From NCBI RefSeq assembly GCF_009914755.1, contig NC_060935.1: a DNA stretch of 64,000 nucleotides, one strand, 5' to 3'. How positions within the stretch are numbered: position 1 is the first letter of the stretch; every line of letters starts with the position of its first letter. The notes under the pieces are model-generated. The model was given only the letters and a program-made list of their open reading frames with translations. It was not told where the DNA came from and did no database searches. This document shows positions 28,331 through 49,382 of the stretch, one piece after another. Both the position numbers and the translations under genes were made by a program. Source of the stretch: the human T2T-CHM13v2.0 reference genome, Homo sapiens.

Positions 28331-30199
28331 TATTGTCGTCATCATTGTCATATCCATTTTATAGATGAGATTACTTAGTCCCAGATGGGTTAAGTAACTG
28401 GCCCAAGGTCACAGCGCTGGTAAGCAACTGGGCTTCAATCCAACCATCCTGACTCCAGAAGCCTCTTTGAACTACCACCTTCTGCACCTGCCCCAGGGCT
28501 TCTTCGCCTGAGCCGGTGCCTTGCTGCCGCCCTGCTCATCTCTTCTGGGAAGATGCCTCTCATCTTGCCAGTCCTCAAGCCAGAAGCCTCCGGTGCTGCC
28601 CTAGGGCTCCCTGAATAGGCATCCCTAAGGCATCCCTCCTGGTGTTCAAACCACATCCTTCCTGGCTAAGCTTCCATTCCCCAGGGTAGCCCTCCACACT
28701 TTGGAGCCTCAGCTCACCTCTCACTCTCACACTTCAGTTTCACACTTCCCTTCTGAATGGTCCCACCTCTGTGCTTTTGCTTAAGCTGTGCACACTTCCC
28801 AGAGTGCTCTTTCCCCTATGTCTGCCTGTGCTCCAATACCCTATGCCTGAGCTGACCCATGACATACAAGCACCTACAGAGGCCTGGGGGAAGGAGGCAG
28901 TGGTATGTGTGTCAGTGTGGGGAGTCAGTGAAGAGGTTTGGGGCTTTAGGGTCAGTTATGTGACTTCAGGGCAAGTCCCCATCTCCCTGAACCCCAGTTT
29001 CTGCAAAATGAAGATATCCATCCCAGCTTCTCCCAAGGTTTATAATGGTAATCTGTGAGGTTCTGGCACATGATGAATCCATAACTACCCGTTGTGACAA
29101 GTTCCCCACTTGTGAAGTCAAATGAAGACCCCCTGGTGTTGACAGTGCAGGAAAACCTGTGCCCGAGCACCTTGTCCCTAGGGAGAACCCTACCTTCAGT
29201 GCCTCTCTGAACAACAGGGCCAGGAAGGGGTCACTGTATAGCAGTTGGTCCCTAGTGACCAGTCCTGGCAGAGGGCCTTTATCCCACTTCCAGTAGCCCA
29301 GCACCAACCATCCCCAGCTCTGGGAGGGGGTGGGCAGCACCCTCCTTCCTCCACATTGTTGCCACCTCAGAGAGTCAGAATCCAGGGAGACAGTCTCCTG
29401 GCAGCGGAGCTCCTGCTGCCCGCCATGGGTGTCTGTGATGCTGCCGTGCCCACTGGGGGCTGCAGGCACTCCAGCATCAGGATGGACTAAATCTCGGGAG
29501 TGGGAAGGGGACTCCAGCCAGGGGCACTGGAGACAGGGCCAGCCTGAGTGCCTGCTTCTCCCAGGGGCAGGTGCCAGCATGGTGCACCCCTCAAGGAGTG
29601 TGGCAGGTAAGATTGAGGTCCTGGCTGCCCCAGGCTCCTGTGCCATCGAGAGGGAAAGCACCTGGAACAGGTATACAGTAGATGCTTAGTGATGAGGAGA
29701 ATCTTCACTTGGTGGAATTCTGAACACTTTGGGTACCACCAGAGTCAGAATTCCCAGAGGAGGAGGCAGGCATTTGATAACGGATGTCTGGAGGATATAG
29801 CATGTTCAACCTTCCCCTCTCCATGAGAGGAAGTGGTGACCTCAACCCCAGCACCCTCCTCTGCCCATTCACACCCACCCACTCCCACCTCTCTGCCAGC
29901 CTCAGTTGGATGTGGAGCAGAATGTAATGAGGACTTACCTGTCCACAAGGACTTCACAACTGTTCCAAGGCGATGGATGGGCAGGTGCTAACGCAGCCCC
30001 TCAGTGTCCCCCTTCCCTTGCTTTTGGGGTGGGCTTGGGGCCCCCGGGGGGTCCTAACTCACTGAAGATACCAGGGCCCAGCTTCTGAGTATTCCTAGAG
30101 GCCATTTCTACCCCTAGAAACTTTACATGGAGCCAAAAGCCCATTTGAAGCTCAGTCTGGGCCAGGAGAGGCTAATCATAAAAGGGATATTTTTTAAGT

Positions 30200-31240
<1,041 letters not shown>

Positions 31241-32482
31241 AAACAGCAATTATATTGGTGGCTGTTTACCGAGCAGGAGTACGCCATGCCAGGCACGTTT
31301 ACATATGACATACTGCTCATTCCTCATGGGGAGCCACTGGAGGCAGAGAGCAGTTGCTCCATTTTATACAGGAGGAAACTGAGGCCCAGAGAGGTTAGGC
31401 ACTTTCCTACAGTCCTTATAGCCCTGGGAGCAGCATGGGAGTTCGAACCCAGTTTGTCTGACTCGGGCCAATTCTCCTTCCTTATTCCAGGCTGCCTTTC
31501 AGTGACAGGCTGCTGAGGACACCCTAGGCCAGGAGCCACCCCACCTGGCCCACCGAGGCTCTGGACCCTCCCAGGGCTATTGCTTCTCTGGAGTTGGGTG
31601 ATGAACAGAGGGTTGGACCCCCCAAGCCCTGCATGGGGGTAGAGGCCCTCCCTGAGAAGGACCTCCAGAGCCCAGCTCTGCTCTCCCAGGGTGTGGTTCC
31701 ATGGGAGGTGGGCTCCACTGGTCCTAAGCTCTGGGCAGGTTGGCATCCCCAGAGGGCAATGCTGACAACACCTCCCTTGGCACCCCCAAGGGTTCGTTTC
31801 TCAGCAGCAACTTCCAAAGGCTGTTCCCCCAGGTCTCTGTCCCTTTCCTGAGCCCTCCCCTGTCCTTCTCCAGGCAACCCACAGCCCCAGCAGCCTGTGC
31901 ACATTTAGCGCTGGATCCCTGATCCCTTGGGCTTGGCCTCACTCCTCTCTGGCTCCATGCCCCCAGATCTCTTTGGCATGACCAACAACTGGCTGGCGAG
32001 CCCAGAGATGGGGGAAGAAGGGCCCTGAGCCATGAGTGCACCTCACTGCATGGCCCTGGTCAGGTCCCTCTGCCTCCTGGGGCCTCACTGTGTCCACAGC
32101 CTCCTGCACGCCACGAAGCACCTCCCCGATGTGCCAGCTCCCCCAGCACCAGCCTCATCCCAAGGAAGGAGGAGGCGACTCCCACTACTCAAGGGGCTGT
32201 TCCCCATGGCACCCCTCAGGCCGCTGCAGGAGACTATAAGCCCCTCACAACCGAGGCCATTTTCCCCACTCCCTTCCCCGCAAGCCCTAAATGGCCCAGC
32301 AACAACTCTGAACTCTGATCTCGGTCAGCCCAGCACGGGTGGGGCAGGAGGTTCTGTCAACAGCGAGGGAAACTCGTTAACTGAATGTCAATAGGATTAA
32401 AGGCTCTGATGGTCCAGGAGAAAAATGTGACGTGACACATCATGACAGATGCGTGGAAGGGCTCCCGGGGGGTGGGGTCCCA

Positions 32483-32810
32483 TGTGTGTGTGTGTGTGTG
32501 CGTGTGTGTGTGTGAGAGAGAGAGAGGGGGAAGGGAAGCAAATACATAGTAGCAAAGATGAGAGAGACAGAGACAAGTGACAGAGACAGAGAAAGAGAGA
32601 AAAGCCAGAGACAGATGATAGAAGGAGAGAAAGGAAGGCATGAGAGACCAAGAAAGGAGAAAGTTAAAAAAAAAAAAGACTGAGAGAGACAGAATCCCAG
32701 ATACAACCAGAGAGATAGAGCAAAAGAAACCAGAGAGATAGAGAGATTGAAGGAAAGAGAGAGAGATAGAGAGCGAGAGAGAGAGAGAGAGATTGAGAGA
32801 GAGAGAGAGT
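32483..32810. repeat. (TG)n followed by about 300 bp of GA-rich low-complexity purine tract
   Basis: tgtgtgtg... then gagagagacagaga... with strong strand asymmetry. Confidence 0.9.
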
Positions 32811-34790
32811 GCCCACGCACATGCCAGCAAGGGCGAGTGTGACAGTGCAGAGGGATGGGGGAGGGGACAAGCAAGTTTGTAAATGAGAGGAAAATTAAGA
32901 TTGAGCACTGAGAAGAGTTCTGCCCTGGGAAGCCTTTTGAGGAAGCCATGGACGGTGTCCCCAGGGACTCAGAATGGCAGCTTTGTCAGTCAGGCAAGGA
33001 CGAGATGTATCAAGCACCCACGGCGTGTCAGGCTCTGCTGTGGTTGCCAGGGGGCAGGCAGGAGCTCGAAGAGCAGAGAGAGAGGGAGGTTGACTCTGCC
33101 TTGGGGATTCTAGACTTACAGAGGACATGGGAGGAGCCTGCAGTCCAGAGAGGCTAGGTGAGGCTGACCAGGTGTTGGACCTGGGACTCCTGGCCTCACA
33201 CTCACCACGCAGTACCACGGCACCGCACAACTGCATGGGACACGCGCATACACAGACACACACACACAGCAAAGGCGTGTGACTCTCAGTGCCTGGTGTG
33301 AGGTTTGGAGGACATCGTTTCAGGTCTGCTAGGCTAAGCAGTTTGCAGAACGGTGGCCAGGAACGGTGGGTACTGAGTAAAGATTAGAGTCAGCTCCTTG
33401 AGCCATAGGAAGTGATGGAGACACAGATTTGAGTCCCGGCCCTGCCATTCTTTGGGTGTGTGATCTTGTCGGGAGGCTTTCTTCTCTGAACCTCAGTTTC
33501 CTCTCCTGGAATAGCAGGATGATAAGAGCAGGGCTGTTGGGAGGTTTAAAGGAAAGCCCCTGACACAGAGGAGCGCTCCATGGTCCTGCCTCTCCTTCCC
33601 CTCATCCCAAGTCCCTGTGACGGTCAGGAAAGTCATTGAATGGAACTGGTCTTGGAAAGAAGCTGGGTGGAGCAGGTTGAATGGGAAAGGGCACGGTTAG
33701 TGTCTAGTTGTTCTCCCCACGTCTGGCCCTTTCAGCCATGGAACCAGGAGAGTTGAGGTTGGAGATCCCAGGCAGACAGCCCGCAACCAGTAGGATGGGC
33801 TGCGCTCATCCAGCCGGAGCAGACCTGCCCAGTCCCACCGAGGCCCTCCCCCATGCACATCAGGGCTCTTCTGGGGAGGTGCCCAAAGCAGTGGGGAGTC
33901 CCAGAGCTGTCCGTTCCAGCCAGGGCCCAGAACATCTGCTGTGTCCTTGCTGCCCAGGCTGCGGCTGGCATAGAAACAGGCGGGAGGCTGGCCAACAGGC
34001 ACTCCAGGAGTGTAAATTCCACATTTGCATCATGGATGTTCCCAGCCCCAAGGGCTGCTGACCTTTACGGCTGCTGCCTTGGTCCTTCCTCCCCTTCCAG
34101 CCTTCTGAGTGCAGCCAGGCTGGCCACCGGATACTGGAGCCTTGAAGGGGAAGAGGGGGCAGGTGGTGGTGGCCAGGGGCTGTTTGGCATGGGGGACGGG
34201 AAGGTAGGCCCTGCAGAGCCCAGCTTGCCCTCCCCTCCCCACCCCAGGCAGGAGGAGCCCACTCTTCCCTGATTCAGCATCCGCTGCCCCCTCGCAGCCA
34301 GGACCCCTTCTACCCCCACTGCAAGTCAGCCTGATGCACACACACAAGGGCAGCTTGGGCCCCGGATTAGCAGTGTCACTAAGACATCAGTCGCCCCCGG
34401 CTGCCTGTGACATCTCCCTAGGGATTGCACCGTCTGTGCTGAGTGGCAGCAGTACTGAGCAGGCTGTCAGTTTTTCTGGGCTCAGCAGTCAGGCCTGCAC
34501 CTCTGAGGGGTGAAAACCCCTCCCTGGGCCACCCCCACCCCCAGCCAGAGGACTCTCGTCAGGGGTGGCTTGGTCAGCCAGCTGGCTGGGCAGATTCCCT
34601 GTGATATATCTAAATGAAAATCCATCTACCTGCCCTCAGGAGAGGAGGCTCTGACCTAAGCCCCAGGACACAGAGATGGGGTGCTGAGCCCTGCCCGTGG
34701 GGGCTCACAGTCAGAAGGATCTATTTATTTGTATTTGTTGTTCATCCCGCAGATATCTCTTACACCAGGTGCTGAGGATGCCTTGCGGAT

Positions 34791-35250
34791 AGTTACAGGT
34801 TGAATTATATACCCCCAAAGGAAATGTTGAAGTCCTTACTCCCAGCACCACAGAATATGACCTTATTTGGAAATAGGGTCATTGCAGATGTAATCAAATT
34901 AAGGCAAGGTTCTGCTGAAGTAGGGTGGCCCTTAATCCAATATGACTGGTGTCCTTCTGAAAAGAAGGAAGACAGCCCTGTGAAGGCACAGACACACCAG
35001 GAGAATGCCAAGGGGTGACAGAGGCCGAGATGAGAGTGATGCATCCACAAGCCGAGGAACACCAAGCCAACTTCTAGAATGTAGGGAGAAGCAAAGGAGG
35101 GTTCTCCCCTGCAGGTTTTGGTGGAAGCACGGCCCTGCTGATGCCTGATTTCAGATGTGTGACCTCCAGGACTGGGAAACAATCAAGCTTTGTTGTTTCA
35201 AGGCACTCAGTTTGTGGTATGTTGTGATGGCAGCCCTGGGACACTGAGCT
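34791..35250 (+). mobile_element. MLT1 (MLT1C-like) MaLR solo LTR
   Basis: gaatatgaccttatttggaaatagggtc...ttaatccaatatgactggtgtcctt...tggcagccctg motifs typical of MLT1B/C. Confidence 0.8.
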
Positions 35251-35336
35251 AGTGAGTGACACTGCTCTAGACCTGCAGGGGCTTACAAGGGAGCAAGGGG
35301 GAGATGGAGACGTGCAAACAGGTTAACAAATGCTTA

Positions 35337-35636
<300 letters not shown>

Positions 35637-35704
35637 CATCCAGGCACAGGTCCAAACATCCTAAAGTGGCCTAGAGCGATGGAGTCACCCTACAGACAGA
35701 TTCC

Positions 35705-36010
35705 TTTGTTTCTTTTTTGAGACCATGTCTCACTCTGTTGCCCAGGCCGGAGTGCAATGGTGCGATCTTGGCTCACTGTAAGCACTATAACCTCCACCGC
35801 CTGGGTTCAAGCGATTCTCCTCCCTCAGCCTTCAGAGTAGCTGGGATTACAGGCGTGCATCACCACACCTGGCTAATTTTTGTACTTTAGTAGAGACCAG
35901 GTTTCCCCATGTTGGCCAGGCTGGTGGTCTTGAACTCCTGACCTCAAGTGATCCACCTTCCTCGGCCTCCCAAAGTGCTCGGATTACAGGCGTGAGCCAC
36001 CGCACCCAGC
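35705..36010 (-). mobile_element. Alu SINE, inverted relative to the preceding Alu
   Basis: Reverse-complement Alu. Confidence 0.9.
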
Positions 36011-37713
36011 ACACCCCACAGACAGATTCTAATCTGTGTCTATGAGGAAGACATTTGGTCCCAAGACAAAGGAAACCCAAAAACTGTGGCTTAAACACTT
36101 CAGGGCTTTCTCTTCTCACATTACAAGGACTCTGGAGGTGAGCTGCCCAGAACCAGTGTGCTGACTTCAGGATGCCAGCTTCCTGCTCCCACAGCTTTAG
36201 ATGTTGACTTTCAACCGTATGGTGCCACAATGGCTACCGTACCTCCAGATTTCACGTTCAGATTCCTGGCAAGAAAAATGGAAGTTAGGACCAAAAGAAA
36301 CGCTACGAGCCCAGTCTGCCCCTTATTTTTAAAAGTGAAAACTCTCCTGAAACCCCACACAGTCAACTTCTGTTTATACAGATGTGAGGTGGGGGAATGT
36401 GGCAACCCTGTACAAAATTGGAATCTGGTCAGCAAGCAGGGAGGGAGGGAAAAGGAATTCGGTGGGCAGCCAACAGGGTCTGCACTGTTACACAATGGAG
36501 GGGGCTTGGAGCTGGTCATCCCCTAGCCAGGCCCATTTATATATCAGGGCACCAGAGTATAGAGAGGGGAAATGACTTGCCCAGGGTCACACAGCAACAC
36601 AGGGGCAGGACTTTAACCCAGGCCTCCTAAGGCTGTAGCCAGAGCTCTTTCTACAGCCCTGCAACGTGATATGGCTGCTTGGTTGACAAGCCCCCTTTAG
36701 AGGACTAGGGGGCTGGGCATCTTCAAAGCTCCAGCACCCAGAAGCCTTCAGGAGGCGGGGAGGCATTGGCCATAACGGGAGGTGAAGGAAGCCTTCCCCT
36801 GTTGTTTTAACCTCTCGGGGCAGAGCCCGCTCCTCTGGGTGGCTAGCTGGTGGGTGGGTAATTAGCCTTGTCACCCCCTCTTCCGGGAGAGTCAGCTATA
36901 TAATCTGCCCGTCAGCTGGGGAGAGGGGGCGGCCCCTCTCTACCCACTGCTGAGGCTGACGCTTGGCAGATGGGGGTGGCAGGACAGCCAGTGAGGAAGG
37001 GGTTGTTGGGGCCAGCTGGTAGGCAGGTGGATAAGCGAGAGAAGACAGTAGGGTCAGGGGCCCAAAGAGGCAATTCTCATGAGCATTCATCCATTGGGAT
37101 GTGTGACGCATGGAAGGGCTGTACTTTCCTTCAGTCCCACTGGCAGACCAGGGGAAGAGGCACCCTTGCCCTCAGCTCAGCACTGGCCCCCCTGCAAGGA
37201 CAGCCCTGAACACCCACTCCTGTGCCTGGCACCATCCAGGTCCCGGGGGACTGCTTCTCCTCTTCTCTTGCTCTAGGTCCTGGATACGAAAGGTGATCTA
37301 AGTCTGGAATGTATGAAGGTTTAGGGGTTGTGCAGCTGCTGACCTGAGAGACAGATTCTGCTTCTGAGGACAGGGCAGACTTGAGAGGCAGCAGTGCTTA
37401 TGTGTGAGAAAAGCCTAAGATGAACTTGTTAAATTTTCACTCTCAGAGAGCACGAATGCAGTAGATTATTGCAAACCGAAGCCTTTTCTCGGCAGGGTCA
37501 ACTGTCCATTTTCTTGCTTTTCTTCATGTACCAATTCTTGGTTCCAGAGGTTCTTGTGGATTAATGCAATATCCACAATGACGCCTATAGCAGCTGAGGA
37601 ACTTTTGCAATGTTTAAACTGTTCATTTCCTCTGATATTTATATATATAAATTTAGATATAACATGCATGAAGTGTGATACTGATTATTTACAGTAGGAA
37701 CTAGATGGGTGTT

Positions 37714-38081
37714 TGATGTGGTTTGGCTGTGTTCCTACCCAAATCTCATCTTGAATTGTATTCCCATAATTCCCACGTGTTGTGGGAAGAACCCGGTGGG
37801 AGAGAATTGAATCATGTGGATGGTTTCTCCCATACTGCTCTCGTGGTAATGAGTAAGTCTCACGAGATCTGATGGTTTCATAAGGGGAAACCCATTTCAC
37901 TTGCTCTCATTCTCTCTCTCTTGTCTTGTCTACCGCCATGTAAGACGTGTCTTTCACCTTCTGCCATGATTGTGAGGCCTCCCCAGCCACATGGAACTGT
38001 AAGTCCAATAAACCTCTTTGTTTTGTAAATTGCCCAATCTTGGGTATGTCTTTATTAGCAGTGTGAAAACAAATCAGTATA
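37714..38081 (+). mobile_element. THE1A-type MaLR solo LTR, complete, 5-bp TSD GTGTT; TATA-like TTTCATAAGGGG near 37876 and splice donor ACT|GTAAGT at 37998/37999
   Basis: TGATGTGGTTTGGCTGTG...GGAACTGTAAGTCCAATAAACC...GCAGTGTGAAAAC; GTGTT at 37709-37713 and 38082-38086. Confidence 0.93.
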
Positions 38082-38194
38082 GTGTTAAACACTGGAATTG
38101 CTAATATGTCATTTTTCTAAAAATGTTTAATAAAATGTTATTACAATTTCAAAAGATTAATAAAAATTCAGATTTAATATATTTTTAAAATTAT

Positions 38195-38827
<633 letters not shown>

Positions 38828-39309
38828 TTACCTTTTAATTTCAATAAATAATTTTGGATATTTTAGAAAAAAATACCTTTTTAAAAAGCATTTAAAATTT
38901 TACCTTTACTATAATTTTCCTTTTGGACAAAAACTATATTTTATTTCTTTAATCTTTTTGGATGGGTATTGTCACTAAAACACAAATTAGCAATTTTGGT
39001 GAAATAAAGGCCTGAACATTTTTATGGATTAAAACGATAAGAATTTGTGAATTATGTATGTCTTTATTTGATCACTTGTCTAAACACAGCCGGCCCTTCA
39101 ACAGAATACCCAAACACACCAGCTTTCAAGCATATAAAAACCAGAGCTTTACACATGCTTTTCAACTGTGCCACTATGAATGTATATTTGTCAAGGTAAG
39201 AGAAGAGAACATATTTTATTTAACAGCTTGTTCGCTTGATTTTGAAATATTTAGGCATATGGTATGTGGGTCTTCATTTGTGTTCTTGCAAATATTAGAG
39301 ACAAGTCTG

Positions 39310-41330
<2,021 letters not shown>

Positions 41331-43065
41331 TCTCGTTTTGATAGAGGGATAAAGCAACAATTGTGAAGGCTCCAACACAGTAGCCTTGTGCTTGCTTTGA
41401 CATCAGACTGTGCACTTTGAGGTGGGCAGAATTACCTTTTAGTCTTTACAGAAGCAGTGTCTGCCACCTACAATGACTTCTCTTCTCATCTCTTCAGCAC
41501 AGCCTTCTTTAAACCTTCTTTATAATCCTTCTCTGATCGCAGAGTGATAGCCGACCATGTTGCAGTGGGCCAGAGTTAGCTGTACCCTGCAGCTAAGCAC
41601 ACGGGCTCCGGAGCCAGCCTGCCTGGTTCAGATCCTGGCTCCCCCAAGTCTCAGCTGTGCAACCTGGGAGGCTAACTCTTCAGTTTCCTCCTTTGTAAAA
41701 TGGGAATGATAACACCTTCCTTATAGCGTTGTCGCAAGGGCTTGCTGAGAACATACGTGTAAATCCTGTTGCATCTTGTGCCTGATCGATGCTTGCTAGA
41801 TTTCCTTTTGCGCAGAGCATTTCCAATGGCAGGGGTCACTACTTTCAGGGCAGACTTTCCATTTATGAATGGTGTTAATTGAAGGAAGCCCTTGGGGTGT
41901 TTGGCTGAAAATTGTCTCACTGTGATTCAGGCAGCCATCAGGTCTGTGGAGGAGCTGTAGGTTTCCCCCACCTCCGGCTCCAACTGTCCATCATTCCTCC
42001 CCTCTCCTCCCCTCTATCACCCACGCCTCCTTGCTCCTTTCCAAATGGCGTGTGACTTCTCAGGGGATGTGAGAGGCGGCTGGAAAGTGACACCACACCC
42101 CTTAATTACCCTTGTTCTTTCTATGCCCCAGCACCTAAATTTAGCCAGCAGACCTGGGCACTGGGGACCCAGCTCCTCCCTCCCCAAGGCCCCACCCTCT
42201 CAAAGGCAGGAAAAGAGCCCCCAGGCACGACTTCTCACCATCCTGGGGGTGGAGGCCTCAGGGAAGTTGCTGAAAGGCCGGGCGAGGGCACTGGGCTCCA
42301 GCAGGGACCCTTCCTGCTGCAGCAGGCAGCTGGGCTGTGAGCTGTGATGGAGCAGAATGTCACCTGCCCACCCCCTGCCCTTTTTAATGATGGTGAAGCC
42401 TGAGAGGGAGGGTCGGTCAAAGTGTCCAGAATGTTAGGGGCATGAGCTCGAGAATCTGACAGACACCCTCTCTGACACATGCCAACTGTGTGACCTTGGG
42501 GAAGTCACCAGACTTCTCTGGACATGCTTCCTCATCTGAGAAATGGAGACCTCTCAAGTAAGGTGACTGTGACATTTAAATGAGATAATACATGTAAAGC
42601 ATGCAGCACCAAGCAAGCACCAATCAGCTCAGCCACATCCATTATCAAAGTTGCTTGACCTGTTAGTGCAGTGGGGACCCAAGCCTCTGGACTCAGTGCT
42701 CATGCCAGGAAGTCACACTCCTTCATCAATGACTTGATGCCTCTGTTCCAGATGGGGACATTGAGGCAAAGACAGGTTAATTACCAGGACCAAGGTTACC
42801 CAGCTAGGTGGCAGCAAGGCTGAGATCTGATCCCAGGTCTGCAGGCATTCGTTGCCTTTCATGAATTGTTTTGGCCAAAAGGCCCCACCTCTTCCAAACC
42901 CGTCTCAAGGTCCACCACCTCCAGGAAGCCCTCCTGGCTGTCTCCAGGGCAGATCTCTCCAACCTCCCGGGCTGCAGAATGTCTATTCCAGACCATAACC
43001 TCCTCCCCAGCTCCTGGACAAGTTCTAGAAGGGAGGGCTTGCTTTTTACCTCTGTGAGTCTCTGA

Positions 43066-43392
<327 letters not shown>

Positions 43393-44394
43393 TTCAGATA
43401 CATAGAGAAAGGGAGAGCCAGCAAGTGGGAACAGAAAAGTTAGCTGGGATGGAAAATTAGACCTGGAAGGAAGGAAAGTGTGCATGGCTGGCTCTGTACC
43501 TGAGATGGGAGACAGTGGCTTCATCCCAGAGTGGGGATGCCAGGGATGTCCTGGTGAGGAATGGGGCCGCTCCAGGATCAGTCAGGCCTGGAATTGATAC
43601 CGCCATGTCTGGGTCTCTGGGCCTTAGTCCCTCGTCTGCAGAATGGGGCAGTAAATGCCAGCCTCCTGGAGGTAGGTAGAGGGAGGCTTGAATGAGATGA
43701 CCGAATGGGGACCAGCGTGCCCCACCCTGTGCCCTGCACAGTCAGCAGCCTCCAGCTTGGAGGGAGCTGGACAGAGCCTGAACCTCTCTGGTCACCTGAG
43801 GCAGCCACTCGGGCCCCTCTGCTTCGAGGGCTCTTCGGAGAGAGGAGCCTACGAGGAAGTTATGATGTGGCTTTACCACCCTCCCCCTCTTGGTCACACT
43901 GGAGTTCCAGGGCACAACCCCTTAGGGACACCAGCGGGGGTGGCCTGTGGCAGCCCCAACCTTCCCGCACCCAGCCCCTAGTCCACAGTGCCACCAATGC
44001 CAGGCTGTCATCAGGGCTCACCAGGCACACATGATCTCACTTAAACCTCCCAGGCAGGTGCTTGCGTCTTCCCATGCCACAAGTGAGGAAACAAAGAAAC
44101 AGAGGGTTAAGGAACCTTCCAACAGTGCAGAGCTCAGATTCAGACTCAGGCAGTCTGGCCCCAAAGTCTGCACTCAAAACCACTACACTCCTCCACCTCC
44201 CTAAACAGGATGAGACCCTCTTCCCGGTGGGCTGGAGTGATTAGACAACTTTACAGGGGTGCGGAGTAATACTTCAAGGTGTGTGCTAGAGAGAGCATGT
44301 CTGGGGTGGCATTTCAGAAGTTAATTCCTCACTAGTTCTCTTCCCTGAGGGGGCTCACTGAGTTTGAGTTTATCTCTTGAAATACTGTAACAAT

Positions 44395-44665
44395 CCAGGC
44401 ACAGTGGCTCATGCCTGTAATCCCTGCACTTTGGGAGGCCAAGACAGGCGGATCACCTGAGGTTAGGAGTTCAAGACCAGCCTAGCCAACATGATGAAAC
44501 CCTATCTCTACTAAAAATACAAAAAAATTAGCCAGATGTGGTGGTGGGCACCTGTAATCCCAGCTACCCGGGAGGCAGAGGCTGTAGTAAGCTGAGATTG
44601 TGCCACTGCACTCCAGCCTGGGCGACAGAGCGAGACTCCATCTCAAAAAAAAAAAAAAAAAAGAA
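44395..44665 (+). mobile_element. Alu with right-arm deletion
   Basis: Alu text with A tail. Confidence 0.88.
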
Positions 44666-45828
44666 ATACTTTAACAATAATACTAACACTGATACTAATA
44701 CTAACAGCTATCTTCTCTGAGCAGGTTTTATGCGCCACTCACCATCCTGAACTTTGACATGTGTTAATTCGTTTAATACTCATAACAGCCCTAGGAGGAA
44801 GGTATTATGAATTTTCTTGTTATCCAGATGAGGAAACTGAGGCTCAGAGAGGTCAAGTCACTGGGCAGCTCCCAGAGCTGGTGGTGGAGTCAAGATCAAA
44901 CCCAGGCGGTTCTGGGTCCAATCATTCATTTGTCCCATGCTCTCTTAACCTCAAACTTGCCGCCTTTTCCTGCCTTGCCCGTGTGAATGTCCCCTCCCCC
45001 CAGGGTGTTGGAAAGTGAGTCCCACCAGGTATGGGGCAGGACCAGGAGGGACCTTACCAGCAACCGGGGTAAGGAGGAATGACCAAGGCATTCCAGCCCC
45101 AGCATGGGGGGGTAGGGTGTGGGCTTGGCCTTTGCAGTGTCAGGGATCTGGGCGGCCCCTCCTAGCTCACCTGCAGATCTCCCTCCGCAGGCAGGACTCC
45201 CATACCCTGGGAACACCACAAGCCGCTCCTGAAGGCAAACAGAAGACTCAGAGACAGAACAGCAGAGCCTGAGCCATAAGGTAGAGGGGAACATTTCCCA
45301 GCCACCTCCTGTTTTCAACACTGCTGGCCCTGGATCCAGTAAGTGGCATGACCATGCAGAGTGGTGCTTGGGCCCCTAACAACTGCTCCCTCAGTTCTGC
45401 ACAGAGAAGGCTGTTCCCAGAAAGGGCTCCATTAAATCCTTAGCCAAGAGCCACATCTCCTCTGTTTCTGTCTCAGCCAAGGGGAGAGGGCACATGTTCA
45501 GTCCACTCCTAGGGTGCTGATCTTGTGGGGGCAGATGGTAGTGTCTTCAGTGAATGGCAGCTTCTTGTTCTTGTGTAGTTATCGTGGCCAAGATAAGACC
45601 ACACAACCATGTGTTTTGGGAAAGGAGACAAAGAAGCGACCCAGGAATGCCAAAGGGGTCAAATAAAGTTTCTGGGGCTTCCGTGAGCCCATGGCTCTTG
45701 GGGCCCTGAGTCATGGGGTCCAGAAAACCAGGCCTGTCTGGATGGGGGGCCTGGCATGGGAATCACGTTCTCATAGGATGTTGCTTGTGATCTGCAACAA
45801 ACACAGTGCATTTTCAAGCATCTTCCCG

Positions 45829-47916
<2,088 letters not shown>

Positions 47917-48001
47917 CCTGGAAGGAAGGTTCTGCAGCGAGTTCATGAGAGACGATATGTGGAATGTAATCAGAGCATACCTCTTAATACTTAAAAGGTA
48001 A

Positions 48002-48304
<303 letters not shown>

Positions 48305-48344
48305 GACGTATAAAATTCTGAGGTTCTTCTTTCGAGGCTAATTC

Positions 48345-49211
<867 letters not shown>

Positions 49212-49226
49212 TTGTGTGTTACTCTT

Positions 49227-49382
49227 TTTTTTTTTTATTATACTTTAAGTTTTAGGGTACATGTGCACATTGTGCAGGTTAGTTACATATGTATACATGT
49301 GCCATGCTGGTGCGCTGCACCCACTAACTCGTCATCTAGCATTAGGTATATCTCCCGATGCTATCCCTCCCCCCTCCCCCCA
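49227..49382 (-). mobile_element. 5'-truncated young L1 (L1PA2-like 3' end, about 156 bp), TSD TTGTGTGTTACTCTT
   Basis: Near-consensus L1 3' end; reverse complement reads GATGACGAGTTAGTGG (GAG, not Ta ACA) and AAAACTTAAAGT; TSD copies at 49212-49226 and 49383-49397. Confidence 0.9.

Noticed and set aside
49227-49382. L1HS-Ta active-subfamily insertion
   Set aside because: Diagnostic positions read GAG and A rather than ACA and G, pointing to L1PA2-like
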